A stretch of DNA of 64,000 nucleotides. It comes from a phage. Positions within the stretch are counted from its first letter, which is position 1, and the number at the start of each line of letters is the position of its first letter. Below, in pieces: positions 18,725 through 30,133 of the stretch. The notes beneath the pieces are model-generated. The model was not told the DNA's origin. It saw nothing but the letters and a program-made list of their open reading frames with translations, and did not search any database. Location of the stretch: sequence record PZ452583.1; one strand, given 5' to 3'. Both the position numbers and the translations under genes were made by a program.

Positions 18725-19327
18725 TTATAGATTAAATCCTTCAAAATCAAGAGTATAGATAGTGTATGTTGAATACTTTTTGTACTCATATCTATCTGCA
18801 ATTCTAAATACACTTCCAGCTGGTATCATTACTTCTTGTTCATCTGAAACTAATTCCATATTACGATAACGATGGCTATCCGGAAACTTAAAGTTTGGAT
18901 TGTATTCTTTACAGCGTAGAGCTTTTATAGCATACTCCTGGAAATTGAATACCATAGGAGCTTTGAATTCAAAAATAACTTGTGTGTTATACTCTAAACC
19001 GGAAGCAAAATGTAGAGCTATATTTTTATCATATGAAGCTGATACGACTTTATCAAATGTAATAATATCAATTCCTTGATTTAACACCTGCTTAGTCTCA
19101 GCTGGAACACCTCTCCAAAGAGGTTTATCGTTTGGAACCAAACGAGATTTGATTATTTCATTTAACCAAGTATGGTCATCTGGTTTATTAGTAATACAAT
19201 GAATTAAAAGTTCAATTTCAGATAAATTAAACCCTTCAGAAAGCAATTCTTCACGAATAGAAGCACGCACCGATGCATCCATTGATTTTATTTTAAAATC
19301 TTTTAGTTGCATTATTGAGTATTTCAT
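18725..19327 (-). CDS. modA: ModA ADP-ribosyltransferase
   Basis: 200 aa as T4 ModA; R-S-E ART motifs (LWRG, SAS, EQEVMIP). Confidence 0.75.
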   Translation of the reverse strand: MKYSIMQLKDFKIKSMDASVRASIREELLSEGFNLSEIELLIHCITNKPDDHTWLNEIIKSRLVPNDKPLWRGVPAETKQVLNQGIDIITFDKVVSASYDKNIALHFASGLEYNTQVIFEFKAPMVFNFQEYAIKALRCKEYNPNFKFPDSHRYRNMELVSDEQEVMIPAGSVFRIADRYEYKKYSTYTIYTLDFEGFNL

Positions 19328-19947
19328 TCAACTACCTCAATATCATAAACTTTAAATGTTCCAAATGAATCGTGTAATTTTTCTTTTGAAATAGAAGTTA
19401 TTCTATACTTTCCAATTGGAATCATCCATTCTTGTTCATGTACAATCATCATTAAGTTATCAGTACGCTCTGAATCTAATCCATCAGTGTCTTCATACGT
19501 GTACTTAAACTCAGTATTAGGAGAAGAAAGTATAATATCGCTGATATGGTCAGAGTAATTAAAAGCTTTATCAGTTTTTAAACGAAGTATTGTTTCAGTG
19601 AAATATTCAGCATAAGAAAAAGAACACGCTGTATGCAAACTAGTAGTAAATGAATCTACCCTGTTCGTTGAAAACACTTCTCCAACTTGTAAATCTTTAA
19701 TAAGTTCTTTTGTCGATTTTGATATACCACGATATAACTGATAAGGCGATTTAGTTAAATGCTTTTTAATGATTTTATTCAACTGCCTATGAATAGCTTC
19801 ATTCTTTTTGGCTTCCATACATTGCCAAAGAACAGACTGCTCAAAGTCAGTAAATTTTTCACAGACTTTTTTATACATATCATATTGAAAATCAACGCTT
19901 TCAGCTTTTATAGATAACTGTTCAACATCTGCAGGATTAATAATCAT
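19324..19947 (-). CDS. modB: ModB ADP-ribosyltransferase
   Basis: 207 aa as T4 ModB; R-S-E motifs (LYRG, STN, EQEWMIP); stop overlaps modA start (ATGA). Confidence 0.75.
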   Translation of the reverse strand: MIINPADVEQLSIKAESVDFQYDMYKKVCEKFTDFEQSVLWQCMEAKKNEAIHRQLNKIIKKHLTKSPYQLYRGISKSTKELIKDLQVGEVFSTNRVDSFTTSLHTACSFSYAEYFTETILRLKTDKAFNYSDHISDIILSSPNTEFKYTYEDTDGLDSERTDNLMMIVHEQEWMIPIGKYRITSISKEKLHDSFGTFKVYDIEVVE

Positions 19948-20014
19948 GATAGCCTCCGTATACTTCAGAAGCTATCATATCATCGTTAGAAAGGAAAGTA
20001 AACAACTTTTTAAA

Positions 20015-20197
20015 TTATTTTGCCCAGGGAGCCCAAGGCGGAGGGTCAAGATGGTATGAAGCCAGTTCTTCTAGAAGAGCATCTGGGGCTTCAATTCCAT
20101 AATTCTGTAATACTATACGGTATTCTTTCTTATAATCACTAGAATCATTCTGGATATTCGTAGAATGATTATCTTCTAACATCTCAAATAAATCCAT
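20015..20197 (-). CDS. hypothetical protein (60 aa)
   Basis: ATG 20195-20197; ORF track. Confidence 0.45.
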   Translation of the reverse strand: MDLFEMLEDNHSTNIQNDSSDYKKEYRIVLQNYGIEAPDALLEELASYHLDPPPWAPWAK

Positions 20198-20205
20198 ATT
20201 AATTC

Positions 20206-20676
20206 CTAGCGATAAAAACCAAAGTGACGATTAGCTTCAATGATCTTTCTTTCTTCTTCTGACATTCTCCATCGTAGTCCAACATCAAAATGAGCCCAGA
20301 CCATCTTAACAAATGCATTTATATCTTTAATATCTTCAATAATGAATGTTTTACTTTTAGAAGGTTGACTCGCTAATTTAACTTTATCGTCTTCAAACAT
20401 GTCAAAAAGACCATATTCATGAGCTCTTTTATAGCCTTTAATAGTTAAAGCTTCAGAAGAAGAAAATGGTGAATCTGTATTCTGCAAAATATCTTCAGTA
20501 TGCTTTATAATTAGAATAACATTTTCTGGATATTTTCTTTCTTTTATATCTTTAATTAAAATATCTGGATTTTCTGCTAAAGGAATAATTAATGAGCACT
20601 TTTTATCAAGTGTATTTACTGATTTACCTTCTTTAGACATAAATTCTATTGAATATAATTTTGCTACTTCAATCAT
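20206..20676 (-). CDS. hypothetical protein (156 aa)
   Basis: ATG 20674-20676; ORF track. Confidence 0.5.
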   Translation of the reverse strand: MIEVAKLYSIEFMSKEGKSVNTLDKKCSLIIPLAENPDILIKDIKERKYPENVILIIKHTEDILQNTDSPFSSSEALTIKGYKRAHEYGLFDMFEDDKVKLASQPSKSKTFIIEDIKDINAFVKMVWAHFDVGLRWRMSEEERKIIEANRHFGFYR

Positions 20677-20833
20677 GTGATTTCCTTTTGCCTACTAATG
20701 GACCGTCAGGAATTTTATTTTCCTGGATATACTTCTCATTTTCTTCCATCATTTTACTGCCAATTTTAAGAAGCAAATCCAATGCTTCATTTGCTTTATC
20801 CTTAGCCTCTTCTAACGTCATGTTCTTGTTCAT
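20669..20833 (-). CDS. small helical protein (54 aa)
   Basis: ATG overlaps stop of upstream ORF (ATGA); [25 protein letters not shown]...; weak SD. Confidence 0.3.
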   Translation of the reverse strand: MNKNMTLEEAKDKANEALDLLLKIGSKMMEENEKYIQENKIPDGPLVGKRKSHD

Positions 20834-21033
20834 GATTTATCACCATAGATGTCTCTCATCAATTTAAGTGCTGAGCGTTCTAATTTCTTTTCTTTCTCAG
20901 CACTAATCATTGATTTCATCCATTCTTCCGATTCGTTCTGCATTTCTTTATTTGCCTGTTCAACCCAACCATCATCAATATACATTGAGTTTGGTCTATT
21001 GAACCATTCAAGCATTTTCTTCAGAACTTTCAT
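20830..21033 (-). CDS. hypothetical protein (67 aa)
   Basis: ATG 21031-21033; ORF track. Confidence 0.45.
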   Translation of the reverse strand: MKVLKKMLEWFNRPNSMYIDDGWVEQANKEMQNESEEWMKSMISAEKEKKLERSALKLMRDIYGDKS

Positions 21034-21493
21034 TTGTTTTACCTAAAACGATAGTATGGACACCGTCAAATTCATGAATTTTTAGCAAATTTGGATTTAA
21101 ATTATTCCATAAAGAGGTAATAAAATATGATAGCGCACTTTCGTCCGTAATTATAAATTTATTTCCCTTATCAATTTTCCAGTCATATATTGAATCATAT
21201 GAATAGAAGGATAACGGTTTATTATTATAGTATGCTTCAGCAACATCAATATAGTTAGATTTAGTAAATGCTTGAATTGCCATAAATGGAGAATTTTGTA
21301 CAGTTTCAATAATTCCGATCTTTTTAAGTTTTATTTCAACATCTTCTGGAACTGGCATTGAAATAAAATCTTCTACTAGATACATGTCATTGTCATATCT
21401 TTTATCAATCATTACTGCTACTGTAATTGGAACATCCTTGACAAACGCCATACTAATACTATTGATAGACATTTCAAATAAAATCGCTTCCAT
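21008..21493 (-). CDS. hypothetical protein (about 161 aa)
   Basis: ATG 21491-21493 with SD GAGGAAAATT; track start is TTG. Confidence 0.5.
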   Translation of the reverse strand: MEAILFEMSINSISMAFVKDVPITVAVMIDKRYDNDMYLVEDFISMPVPEDVEIKLKKIGIIETVQNSPFMAIQAFTKSNYIDVAEAYYNNKPLSFYSYDSIYDWKIDKGNKFIITDESALSYFITSLWNNLNPNLLKIHEFDGVHTIVLGKTNESSEENA

Positions 21494-21501
21494 AATTTTC
21501 C

Positions 21502-21843
21502 TCAATCACAAGATGTAGATGAACAACCAGAATCACAAGAACTTCCACATGAATCGCCCGTCAATACATGAACAGGAACATTAGTATCATATGAATCAGA
21601 ACTAGACTGTGTATTCTGTGCATTAGATGATGTAGTAGGTACTGACCAGCGCCAAGGATTTTTATAATATTCTTGGGCTTCTTCATAAGTCATAGTAACT
21701 GCTTCTACTGTTCCATCTCCCATATAAACATACTCAACTACAGTTAAAGGAAGGTAGTCATTTGAAATAGGAACTACACCTTCTCCAGGAGTCGTAGAGA
21801 AAAAATCTGTAAAGAAACTTTTAAACCAATTAAAAATAAACAT
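21502..21843 (-). CDS. hypothetical protein with Cys/Ser-rich C-terminal tail (113 aa)
   Basis: C-terminus [18 protein letters not shown]; ATG 21841-21843. Confidence 0.5.
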   Translation of the reverse strand: MFIFNWFKSFFTDFFSTTPGEGVVPISNDYLPLTVVEYVYMGDGTVEAVTMTYEEAQEYYKNPWRWSVPTTSSNAQNTQSSSDSYDTNVPVHVLTGDSCGSSCDSGCSSTSCD

Positions 21844-22049
21844 TACAAAAAGCCTCTTTTGAATTCAACTTGTTTATCGCCATAATCATATCGAATCTCT
21901 GCATTAAATTCAACAGAACCATCTGCGTACATCATAAATGAATGCACGACAACTTCTGTAGACCATGGTTGTAGTTCATATTTCTTCATTACATGTCGTG
22001 AAATGATAATATCTAAATCTTCATTCGGTTTAATCCAACGATTTAACAT
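21843..22049 (-). CDS. hypothetical protein (68 aa)
   Basis: ATG 22047-22049 with SD AGGAGAG. Confidence 0.5.
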   Translation of the reverse strand: MLNRWIKPNEDLDIIISRHVMKKYELQPWSTEVVVHSFMMYADGSVEFNAEIRYDYGDKQVEFKRGFL

Positions 22050-22075
22050 AGCGCTCTCCTCTATAAGATAATTCT

Positions 22076-22105
22076 ATTATACCATACTCATTTTGGAAAG
22101 TAAAC
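22076..22105 (-). promoter_or_regulatory. early promoter
   Basis: GTTTAC (+22100-22105), 18-nt spacer ending TGG, TATAAT (+22076-22081). Confidence 0.6.
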
Positions 22106-22120
22106 CATTTAAATGAAAAA

Positions 22121-22140
22121 AGGACTCCCGAAGGAGTCCT
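22121..22140 (-). terminator. intrinsic terminator after soc
   Basis: AGGACUCC-UUCG-GGAGUCCU hairpin followed on minus strand by UUUUUUCAUUU. Confidence 0.7.
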
Positions 22141-22145
22141 TGAAT

Positions 22146-22391
22146 TTATTCACCAGTTACTTTCCACAAATCTTCGTTTGCAGTAATCCATTCAGTACGT
22201 TGATTTTCTTCATATACTGTAGAATATGCTGCTTTTTCTGAAGGGAATATCTGGTAATGAGCACCAGAAATTTTGTGAACGTCAGAATAAAGAGGGAAAG
22301 CTACAGAAATTTCCTTTCCTTCAATTTTCTTATTTCCATCTAATTTCTGCTCAAATGTTTTGATATTAACATAACCGCGAGTACTAGCCAT
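22146..22391 (-). CDS. soc: Soc, small outer capsid protein
   Basis: 81 aa (MASTRGYVNIKTFEQKLDGNKKIEG...), recognisably T4 Soc; SD GGAGAA. Confidence 0.85.
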   Translation of the reverse strand: MASTRGYVNIKTFEQKLDGNKKIEGKEISVAFPLYSDVHKISGAHYQIFPSEKAAYSTVYEENQRTEWITANEDLWKVTGE

Positions 22392-22421
22392 GTAATTCTC
22401 CTTTTATTTAAATTACATGAT

Positions 22422-22429
22422 TATTTATA
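22422..22429 (-). promoter_or_regulatory. late promoter (TATAAATA) upstream of soc
   Basis: exact TATAAATA on minus strand about 30 nt upstream of soc ATG; soc is a late gene in T4. Confidence 0.6.
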
Positions 22430-22474
22430 ATAAATTCTCGCGGCTTTTAAGTCGTCGTTTATTTAAACGAGCTA

Positions 22475-22993
22475 TTAATAGCCTCGATCTTGACGAGCGA
22501 AGTTTTCGGCATTTTTCAGATAATAAAGTTTAAAGATTTCTTCAGCTGACATTCCAAGAGCAATGAATTTATTCATGAAAAAGTGAAATTGGTCAATTAG
22601 TTCAAATTTAATTTCAAGTTGATCTTCAGGAGATAAATCTTGAATTTTCTTGGATTGCATTTCAGAATAACGTTTCTTCCAAGGTTTCCATACAGCAGAA
22701 GCTTCTTTTTCACCATTACTCATACCACCAAGAGAAGTATATAGCTCGCGAGTTTCATCTGCGATATAATCGTCTTGGTTTCGCAACCAAGCAAGAACTT
22801 CTCCTGCAGTTTCAAGTGAATCAGGATGACGATTTGTTTCTGGTTTATCATTAGCCAAACGAATCTGTAAATGCCGCTGCATGTCAAGCATAACCTGCAA
22901 TGGGTCAATACTGTGCATAATATACTCAGCATATGCACGATTTGCTTTATCAACACCTTCGATCAAATGAGCACATTCATTAAAGTGAGCCAT
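22475..22993 (-). CDS. 56: gp56 dCTPase/dUTPase
   Basis: 171 aa from ATG 22991-22993 (MAHFNECAH...); MazG-like; soc-56-dam synteny. Confidence 0.85.
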   Translation of the reverse strand: MAHFNECAHLIEGVDKANRAYAEYIMHSIDPLQVMLDMQRHLQIRLANDKPETNRHPDSLETAGEVLAWLRNQDDYIADETRELYTSLGGMSNGEKEASAVWKPWKKRYSEMQSKKIQDLSPEDQLEIKFELIDQFHFFMNKFIALGMSAEEIFKLYYLKNAENFARQDRGY

Positions 22994-23053
22994 TATTTTT
23001 CCTTTCAATTCATTAATAAGTTAAATAATTATATCATTTGAGTATGTAAGCAA

Positions 23054-24393
<1,340 letters not shown>

Positions 24394-24418
24394 TATATCA
24401 TCCTCAGCAATTTATTTT

Positions 24419-24448
24419 ATAATACCATAACAAGCTGAGAAAGTAAAC
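24419..24448 (-). promoter_or_regulatory. early promoter for the 186-aa ORF
   Basis: GTTTAC (+24443-24448), 18-nt spacer ending TGG, TATTAT (+24419-24424). Confidence 0.55.
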
Positions 24449-24483
24449 AAATTTATGATAAATATTAATTTAAAGGAGGACAT

Positions 24484-24684
24484 ATGGTACAAAAATTAAT
24501 GGCACTTGTTAATGCCATAAAAGGTAATAAGAAACGTATAGCTTTTACTATTTCTGCTATGGTAGGAATTTTACTCTGGAACTTTATTTTATCACCTGTT
24601 GCAATTGCACATGGTATTAATATTCCAGTAGTTACTCTTGATACATTCGTAGATTTAGCATTTGCTTTAGTTGGGTTAATTTAA
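24484..24684 (+). CDS. small membrane protein (66 aa), plus strand
   Basis: strong SD AAAGGAGGA 4 nt before ATG; hydrophobic segments; convergent with gene 61 (stops overlap); no clear plus-strand promoter found. Confidence 0.45.
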   Translation: MVQKLMALVNAIKGNKKRIAFTISAMVGILLWNFILSPVAIAHGINIPVVTLDTFVDLAFALVGLI

Positions 24685-25709
24685 ATCTTGGCATATTTAG
24701 ATAGCCGCATTTTAGCCATCAACCCCTGTGCAATATTATTTTTCATATATTCCATAATTTGTTCAGGGGTTGCACCTTCCTTTCTAATCATATCATTAAC
24801 ATCTTTTGATTTCCAGGGAGATTTATCCCAAAACATAACCCTTTCTCCTGCATCAACTAATTTAGTCATTCGCTTAATAGTGTCAGGATGACGAGGTTCA
24901 TTATCTAAAACCCACACACGTCTATCTTTAAATGGAACAACTTCTAGGTCTAATTGACCACCCGTAATAGCTATACCATTTTCAATAAAAAGTGAATCTA
25001 TAGGTCCTTCTAGAACATATACATCACCATCTTTAACTCGTTCGACTCCATAGATTTTTGTTGCTTCAGGATAAGCTTTGATGGTGATATATTTTTGGGG
25101 AGCATCTTTCTTTAATGCACGTCCTTGAAAAGACTCAGCTTTTCCATTAGCATTATAAATTGGAATAACAAGACGAGGCTCAGGTATTTCCTTTTTATAT
25201 GTTCCCGGTGCTATGCTATTAACTAATTTAGGCCATTCGGTTGTAAACCAAAGATATTTCCATTTATCCTTTGGAATACAACGAGCTTTTACGTATTTTA
25301 TAATTGGATGGTCTTCCGCCAGTTTATCTAATCTAACACATGACGGAAGAGATTTAATTATTTTCTTTTCAGGTTGTTTAGGAAGTTCTTTAGGTTTTTC
25401 TACTGGACGACTTTTACCTTTTTCTTTTCTTATTTCAAAGATATACTCACGATATAAATCAGGTTCAAACTCCTTTAAATATATTCCGATTGGCGCATGA
25501 TAGTTACAGTTATAACAATGAATATTTCCTTCATTATTATCACCATAATACCATCCACGAGCTTTATTCTGGTCGGTTTTTGAATCTCCGCAAACAGGGC
25601 ATCTAAACCGTAATTTAAAAGTTGAACTATTATTTACTTGTGTGAATTTAGGTAAATGGGCTAATGCACGATACGCAAACTCATTATCAATCCAAGGTAT
25701 TGATGACAT
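24681..25709 (-). CDS. 61: gp61 DNA primase
   Basis: 342 aa as T4 gp61; N-terminal zinc finger CPVCGDS...CYNCNYH. Confidence 0.9.
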   Translation of the reverse strand: MSSIPWIDNEFAYRALAHLPKFTQVNNSSTFKLRFRCPVCGDSKTDQNKARGWYYGDNNEGNIHCYNCNYHAPIGIYLKEFEPDLYREYIFEIRKEKGKSRPVEKPKELPKQPEKKIIKSLPSCVRLDKLAEDHPIIKYVKARCIPKDKWKYLWFTTEWPKLVNSIAPGTYKKEIPEPRLVIPIYNANGKAESFQGRALKKDAPQKYITIKAYPEATKIYGVERVKDGDVYVLEGPIDSLFIENGIAITGGQLDLEVVPFKDRRVWVLDNEPRHPDTIKRMTKLVDAGERVMFWDKSPWKSKDVNDMIRKEGATPEQIMEYMKNNIAQGLMAKMRLSKYAKI

Positions 25710-25711
25710 TT

Positions 25712-25876
25712 TTACTCTTCTTTTTCTTTAGATTCCTCTTTTTTCTTTTTAGGAATCTGTTCAGGACCTTTATTTACTACAGCACCTGATGTTGTTCCAG
25801 TAGAGATATTTTCAGGATTACCACCTGAATCTCCAGCAACCATATCTTCTTTAATAAATTCTTTATATGTTTTCAT
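25712..25876 (-). CDS. small Lys/Glu-rich protein (54 aa)
   Basis: ATG 25874-25876 with SD GAGGTTAAT; MKTYKEFIKEDMVAGDSGGNPEN...KKKKEESKEKEE; too short for ORF track. Confidence 0.35.
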   Translation of the reverse strand: MKTYKEFIKEDMVAGDSGGNPENISTGTTSGAVVNKGPEQIPKKKKEESKEKEE

Positions 25877-25877
25877 A

Positions 25878-26234
25878 TTAACCTCTATTCATAAAAGCAT
25901 TAAAAATTTGGTCATCAATAGATGGCGCAGTAATATTTTCTGCATTATTTAGCAAATCATTAATTTCATCGGATAGCATAACACATGTACCTTTATTTCC
26001 TGTAATTGTTACTGCGCAATTACGAACGTTTTCTTTATCAAATTTTAGGTTAATATTTTCGTAGTGAAAATCCTTTAATGCCGAATATATCTTTAAAATG
26101 AAATTGTCTTTTACTACAATAAACCCAACCTCACTATTAAAACGCGGTTCATGGAAACTGTAATAAACCTTTTCATCTATAAAATCGTATGAAATTTTTT
26201 CCATTTTTAAATATGAAAATTCAGAACTACACAT
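25878..26234 (-). CDS. hypothetical protein (118 aa)
   Basis: ATG 26232-26234 with SD GAGGTTAG. Confidence 0.5.
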   Translation of the reverse strand: MCSSEFSYLKMEKISYDFIDEKVYYSFHEPRFNSEVGFIVVKDNFILKIYSALKDFHYENINLKFDKENVRNCAVTITGNKGTCVMLSDEINDLLNNAENITAPSIDDQIFNAFMNRG

Positions 26235-26246
26235 ACTAACCTCTAA

Positions 26247-26540
26247 TTACTCACCTACCACTTCAGCGATGATATTTTTGTTATTAAAGTTTTTATCGCA
26301 ATACAGAACATAATTATACTGCATTACACCACCAGACTTAAGCTGTTTTTGCACTTCAGCTTTCATTTCAGGACGATCGCGCTCAACAATATTCATAATA
26401 TCCGCTTCAATTTGAGTTTCAACCTCAGTCTGATCCGCAGTCATAGACCATTCACACAAGTCTTTATCATATCCTGCCATAGCAGGCTGAGCAGCACAAG
26501 AAGACAAAGTAAAAATTGTAGCAAAGATAATTTTTTTCAT
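26247..26540 (-). CDS. sp: Sp (spackle)-like periplasmic protein
   Basis: 97 aa as T4 Sp; signal peptide MKKIIFATIFTLSSCAAQPAMA; between 61 and dmd; SD GAGGAGAT. Confidence 0.7.
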   Translation of the reverse strand: MKKIIFATIFTLSSCAAQPAMAGYDKDLCEWSMTADQTEVETQIEADIMNIVERDRPEMKAEVQKQLKSGGVMQYNYVLYCDKNFNNKNIIAEVVGE

Positions 26541-26600
26541 GATAATCTCCTCAGTAGTTTATGTTTATATAGTATATCAATTTCCAACAAAAGTAAACAG

Positions 26601-26858
26601 TTATTTTAAAACTTCTGCGTAATCACATGTTACAAACTGTTTCTCTAGCTTAACGATTTTACGAAAATACCTTTTATACTGACGAATCTGCCTCTTCGTA
26701 GGACGTACAGCAAACTTAATAAATTCCACTCGACCAAATGGAGGACTTTCTTCTGCTGGAATATCTAACACCAATTCCCACGTATCTGCAATAAGTGCTT
26801 TGAATTGAGTATTTTTCCTGACGTTATACGGAGTAGGTTTAAATAAAACAATATGCAT
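26601..26858 (-). CDS. hypothetical basic protein (about 85 aa)
   Basis: ATG 26856-26858 with SD GAGGATAAT, 1 nt after dmd stop; track start is an upstream TTG. Confidence 0.45.
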   Translation of the reverse strand: MHIVLFKPTPYNVRKNTQFKALIADTWELVLDIPAEESPPFGRVEFIKFAVRPTKRQIRQYKRYFRKIVKLEKQFVTCDYAEVLK

Positions 26859-26859
26859 A

Positions 26860-27042
26860 TTATCCTCGGCAATCCACTTCGCACACTTTCTTGTCATCAA
26901 TGAAAGCTTTAACTAATGCTTTATTAACTTCAGCATATTGAGTAGTAGCCCATTGAACGTCATCTTTCATCATTGTGATTTCTTTAGTAAACATGCTTTC
27001 ATTCTTAAACCACCCCATAAAAACTACCTTTACCAATTCCAT
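26860..27042 (-). CDS. dmd: Dmd, discriminator of mRNA degradation (antitoxin of RnlA/LsoA)
   Basis: 60 aa as T4 Dmd; immediately downstream of gene 41. Confidence 0.7.
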   Translation of the reverse strand: MELVKVVFMGWFKNESMFTKEITMMKDDVQWATTQYAEVNKALVKAFIDDKKVCEVDCRG

Positions 27043-27100
27043 AACAATCTCCTCATTTAACCAACAAGACTACTATACCATAGTCTTGTCAGCTTGTAAA

Positions 27101-28528
27101 CTAAAATTTTAATTCATTTGCCAAAGCATCTAACTGAGCTCGAGCTGATTCGTTTCTTTGATAGCGATTCTGTTCAGCCTGAATCTGTTGTGAACCTGCT
27201 ACTTCACTCACTTCGGTTGGAGTAGAATCTTGTTCAATTTCTACCCATTTTTGATTTCCTTTTTGAACACCCATCAAAAACTTATTCCATTTATTCTTAT
27301 CGCCATATCGTGATTTGATTTGCTTAATGAGTTGTTGTTCAGCAGCTGCTAGCTCCTCGGTTTCAATGACCGCAAGCATAAAATCAGCTGTTGCTGGAAG
27401 ACCGGCAGATTCTGCAATATCGCTCATGTTAACATCAGAAGAATCCCAAGCTTGTTTACCAACCTGTGCTGCAGTCCAAAGAACAGTTTCGGTTTCAACA
27501 GCCAGAGCACGCAATTCCTCTGCAATAGCTTTAACAGTTGTGTAACTATTTTCTGAATAAACTCGGATGCGACAAGATTTACAAATACCTAGATAGTCGA
27601 CAATAATGATTGTTGGAACAAAATTCTTCTTGAGCTTCAATTCGTTTAAAAGTGATCGAAATGTATTAGCGTCTGCTCCACCAGTAGGATACTGTTTAAC
27701 GATTAAACGACCGAGAGTAGATTTCTCACGCCATTTTTCCATTTTTCCTTTATACTCAGCGTAAGAAATATGCCCATCATCAATATCATCAAGAGAAACA
27801 TCAAGCATATTAGCATCAATACGCTTAGCACAGACTTCTTCTGCCATTTCCATGGAAATGTAAAGAACATTATGTCCGAGCTGCAAATAATCTGCTGCCA
27901 ATGAACACAATCCTAATGACTTACCAACGTTAACTCCAGCCATTAAAACGTTCAGTGTTCCAGTCTCAGCTCCGCCTTTAGTAATTTTGTTTAGAATTCT
28001 GAGTTTAAATGGAACTTTACGAGCTTTATTCATATAAGATAGCCAGCGTGCTTCGTAGTCATCCATCCAATCATGACCAACGTAGCTATCAAATGAAATT
28101 GATAATGCTTGGCGCATGATGTCAGGAATAGCACCAACATCCGGCATTTTCTTATTTCGTTTTTCCGGAGGAAGCTCAGCATTAGTTTGAATTTCGATTA
28201 TTTTAGACGTAGCATTAAACATCGCCCTTTGCTGAACATATTTTTCTGTTTCTTTTATTAACCAGCTGTGGTCTTCCGGAGAATCAGCCAGTTTTGAAAT
28301 AAGTGTTTTTACACCAGAATATTCTGTTTCAGTAAATGAACTATTTTCTAATGCAACATTTAACGCATTAATAGATGGAACGCTATGGTACTCATTAACA
28401 TGAGATTTAATTAATTTGAATGTATTTTTAGCTGGACCACTTTCAAAATATTCTGAATCCATATATGGCCAAACTTTTGAAAAATAAGCTTGATCAAATA
28501 TGAGATGAGAAAGAATAATTTCTACCAC
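27101..28528 (-). CDS. 41: gp41 replicative DNA helicase
   Basis: 475 aa as T4 gp41; DnaB-like Walker A GVNVGKS; apparent GTG start with SD AAGGAG. Confidence 0.92.
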   Translation of the reverse strand: MVEIILSHLIFDQAYFSKVWPYMDSEYFESGPAKNTFKLIKSHVNEYHSVPSINALNVALENSSFTETEYSGVKTLISKLADSPEDHSWLIKETEKYVQQRAMFNATSKIIEIQTNAELPPEKRNKKMPDVGAIPDIMRQALSISFDSYVGHDWMDDYEARWLSYMNKARKVPFKLRILNKITKGGAETGTLNVLMAGVNVGKSLGLCSLAADYLQLGHNVLYISMEMAEEVCAKRIDANMLDVSLDDIDDGHISYAEYKGKMEKWREKSTLGRLIVKQYPTGGADANTFRSLLNELKLKKNFVPTIIIVDYLGICKSCRIRVYSENSYTTVKAIAEELRALAVETETVLWTAAQVGKQAWDSSDVNMSDIAESAGLPATADFMLAVIETEELAAAEQQLIKQIKSRYGDKNKWNKFLMGVQKGNQKWVEIEQDSTPTEVSEVAGSQQIQAEQNRYQRNESARAQLDALANELKF

Positions 28529-28537
28529 ACTTACTCC

Positions 28538-28882
28538 TTAAAAGAATTTAAACTTTTTCTTTGACCTTTTATTAAATGCATCTTGTAGTTGCATTGTAAT
28601 ACATTTTTCTACATGAGGAGCTAACTCAGCTTTTCTTTCTTGGTCAAGAACAGCAAAGTCCATTACAACCTTTCCATCAACCCAATCCAGTTTAGTTACA
28701 TACACTATATGTGTAGAACCATCTTCTAGTTTAATGACAATCTCCTGGATAACATTTTCCATGGCAGATTTAATTATCTTAAGAGACTCATTAAAAAGAC
28801 GTTCTTTTCTTTCTTCTTCCCCCTCCGAAGAGGGGGATTCATCGATAATTTCTAGATCTAAGTCTAAATCATCTTTATTCAT
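28538..28882 (-). CDS. 40: gp40-position protein (about 114 aa)
   Basis: between 41 and uvsX as T4 gene 40; ATG 28880-28882; acidic N-terminus; identity by synteny. Confidence 0.5.
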   Translation of the reverse strand: MNKDDLDLDLEIIDESPSSEGEEERKERLFNESLKIIKSAMENVIQEIVIKLEDGSTHIVYVTKLDWVDGKVVMDFAVLDQERKAELAPHVEKCITMQLQDAFNKRSKKKFKFF

Positions 28883-30056
28883 TAAATTCTTCCATATCAC
28901 TTAACTGCTCGAGGTCAGTTTCTAAATCAGCTGCTGATTTACTTTTACTTTCTGGAGATTTAAATTTTTCAACCTTTGAGTTAATCAATTCATCAACTTC
29001 AGCTTCAACAATTTCATTACTATCAATAGCACCTAACTGATAAGCACGTTTAATAGCATCTCGGAATGGTTGATGCTTAAATAAAGGACCCCAGAATGTA
29101 GTGCAGTTAGTATCTTTTGCACGCCAAGATTTTTCTTCGCGAATCATCTCGCCAGTTTCTTCGTCAAGAAATTCACGAGCATACCAGCCATTTTTAGGTT
29201 TTACAACAAATCCTAATTCTAGAGCCATATCTAACAATCCAGAATAAGGATCGATACCACCGTCAAATTTAACATCAATAAAGAATTTACTTTTTTCTTT
29301 AACGGTACGAGATTTTTCTACATTTAGAACAAATTGATACCCCTGAAGATCAGAACCATCTTTAATCTGGCGCTTACCGATAATGAATACAGTATCAGCC
29401 GAATACATTACGCCTGTACCACCTGTCATCACGGTTTTACTAAACATTTCAATTGTTTCAATTGTATGGTTAACCGCAACACATGGAATGTTTTTAATAC
29501 TAAAATAAGGAGTAACAATACGGAATAATGACTTCAGTGATTTAGCACGAGTCATATCTGCCACAGATTTTTCATTCAAGGCATCTTCCGTTTCTTTCTT
29601 AGAAGCCATATTACCGATTGAGTCGATGAATACAATAACCTTTTCACCACGCTCAATAGCTTCAAGCTGATTCACCATATCAATTTTCAGCTGTTCAACT
29701 GACTGAATCGGCGTATGAATTACTCGTTCCGGGTCAACTCCCATGGATCGCAAATAAGCTGGAGTAATACCAAATTCACTATCATAGAATAGACAAACCG
29801 CGTCAGGATATTTGTTCAAATATGCCGCAACCATAGTCAAAGACATATTTGATTTAAAGTGTTTAGAAGGACCTGCAAAAATAGTTAAACCAGACTGCAT
29901 GCCGCCATCAATCGCACCAGAAATAGCAATATTAAGCATTGGAATTTTTGTACGAATTACATCCTTTTCATTAAAGAATTTAGATGTAGTCAGTTCAGCA
30001 GTCATTTTAGAAGTGGAAGCTTTAATCAAACGGGATTTTAAATCTGCAATAGACAT
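28875..30056 (-). CDS. uvsX: UvsX recombinase (RecA-like)
   Basis: 393 aa; Walker A GPSKHFKS; recognisably UvsX. Confidence 0.92.
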   Translation of the reverse strand: MSIADLKSRLIKASTSKMTAELTTSKFFNEKDVIRTKIPMLNIAISGAIDGGMQSGLTIFAGPSKHFKSNMSLTMVAAYLNKYPDAVCLFYDSEFGITPAYLRSMGVDPERVIHTPIQSVEQLKIDMVNQLEAIERGEKVIVFIDSIGNMASKKETEDALNEKSVADMTRAKSLKSLFRIVTPYFSIKNIPCVAVNHTIETIEMFSKTVMTGGTGVMYSADTVFIIGKRQIKDGSDLQGYQFVLNVEKSRTVKEKSKFFIDVKFDGGIDPYSGLLDMALELGFVVKPKNGWYAREFLDEETGEMIREEKSWRAKDTNCTTFWGPLFKHQPFRDAIKRAYQLGAIDSNEIVEAEVDELINSKVEKFKSPESKSKSAADLETDLEQLSDMEEFNE

Positions 30057-30133
30057 TCATTTTTTCCATAGGCATCATTATATTTTCCTCACTGGTTAAA
30101 GATAGAGTAATTATAACACAATAAATTTAGGCA

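Noticed and set aside
22720-22956. Minus-strand 78-aa ORF
   Set aside because: Alternative frame inside gene 56; no independent start signal.
30057-30093. Short upstream ORF (about 18 codons) with strong SD GAGGAAAAT ahead of uvsX
   Set aside because: Out of frame with uvsX and very short; could be a leader peptide but there is no supporting evidence.
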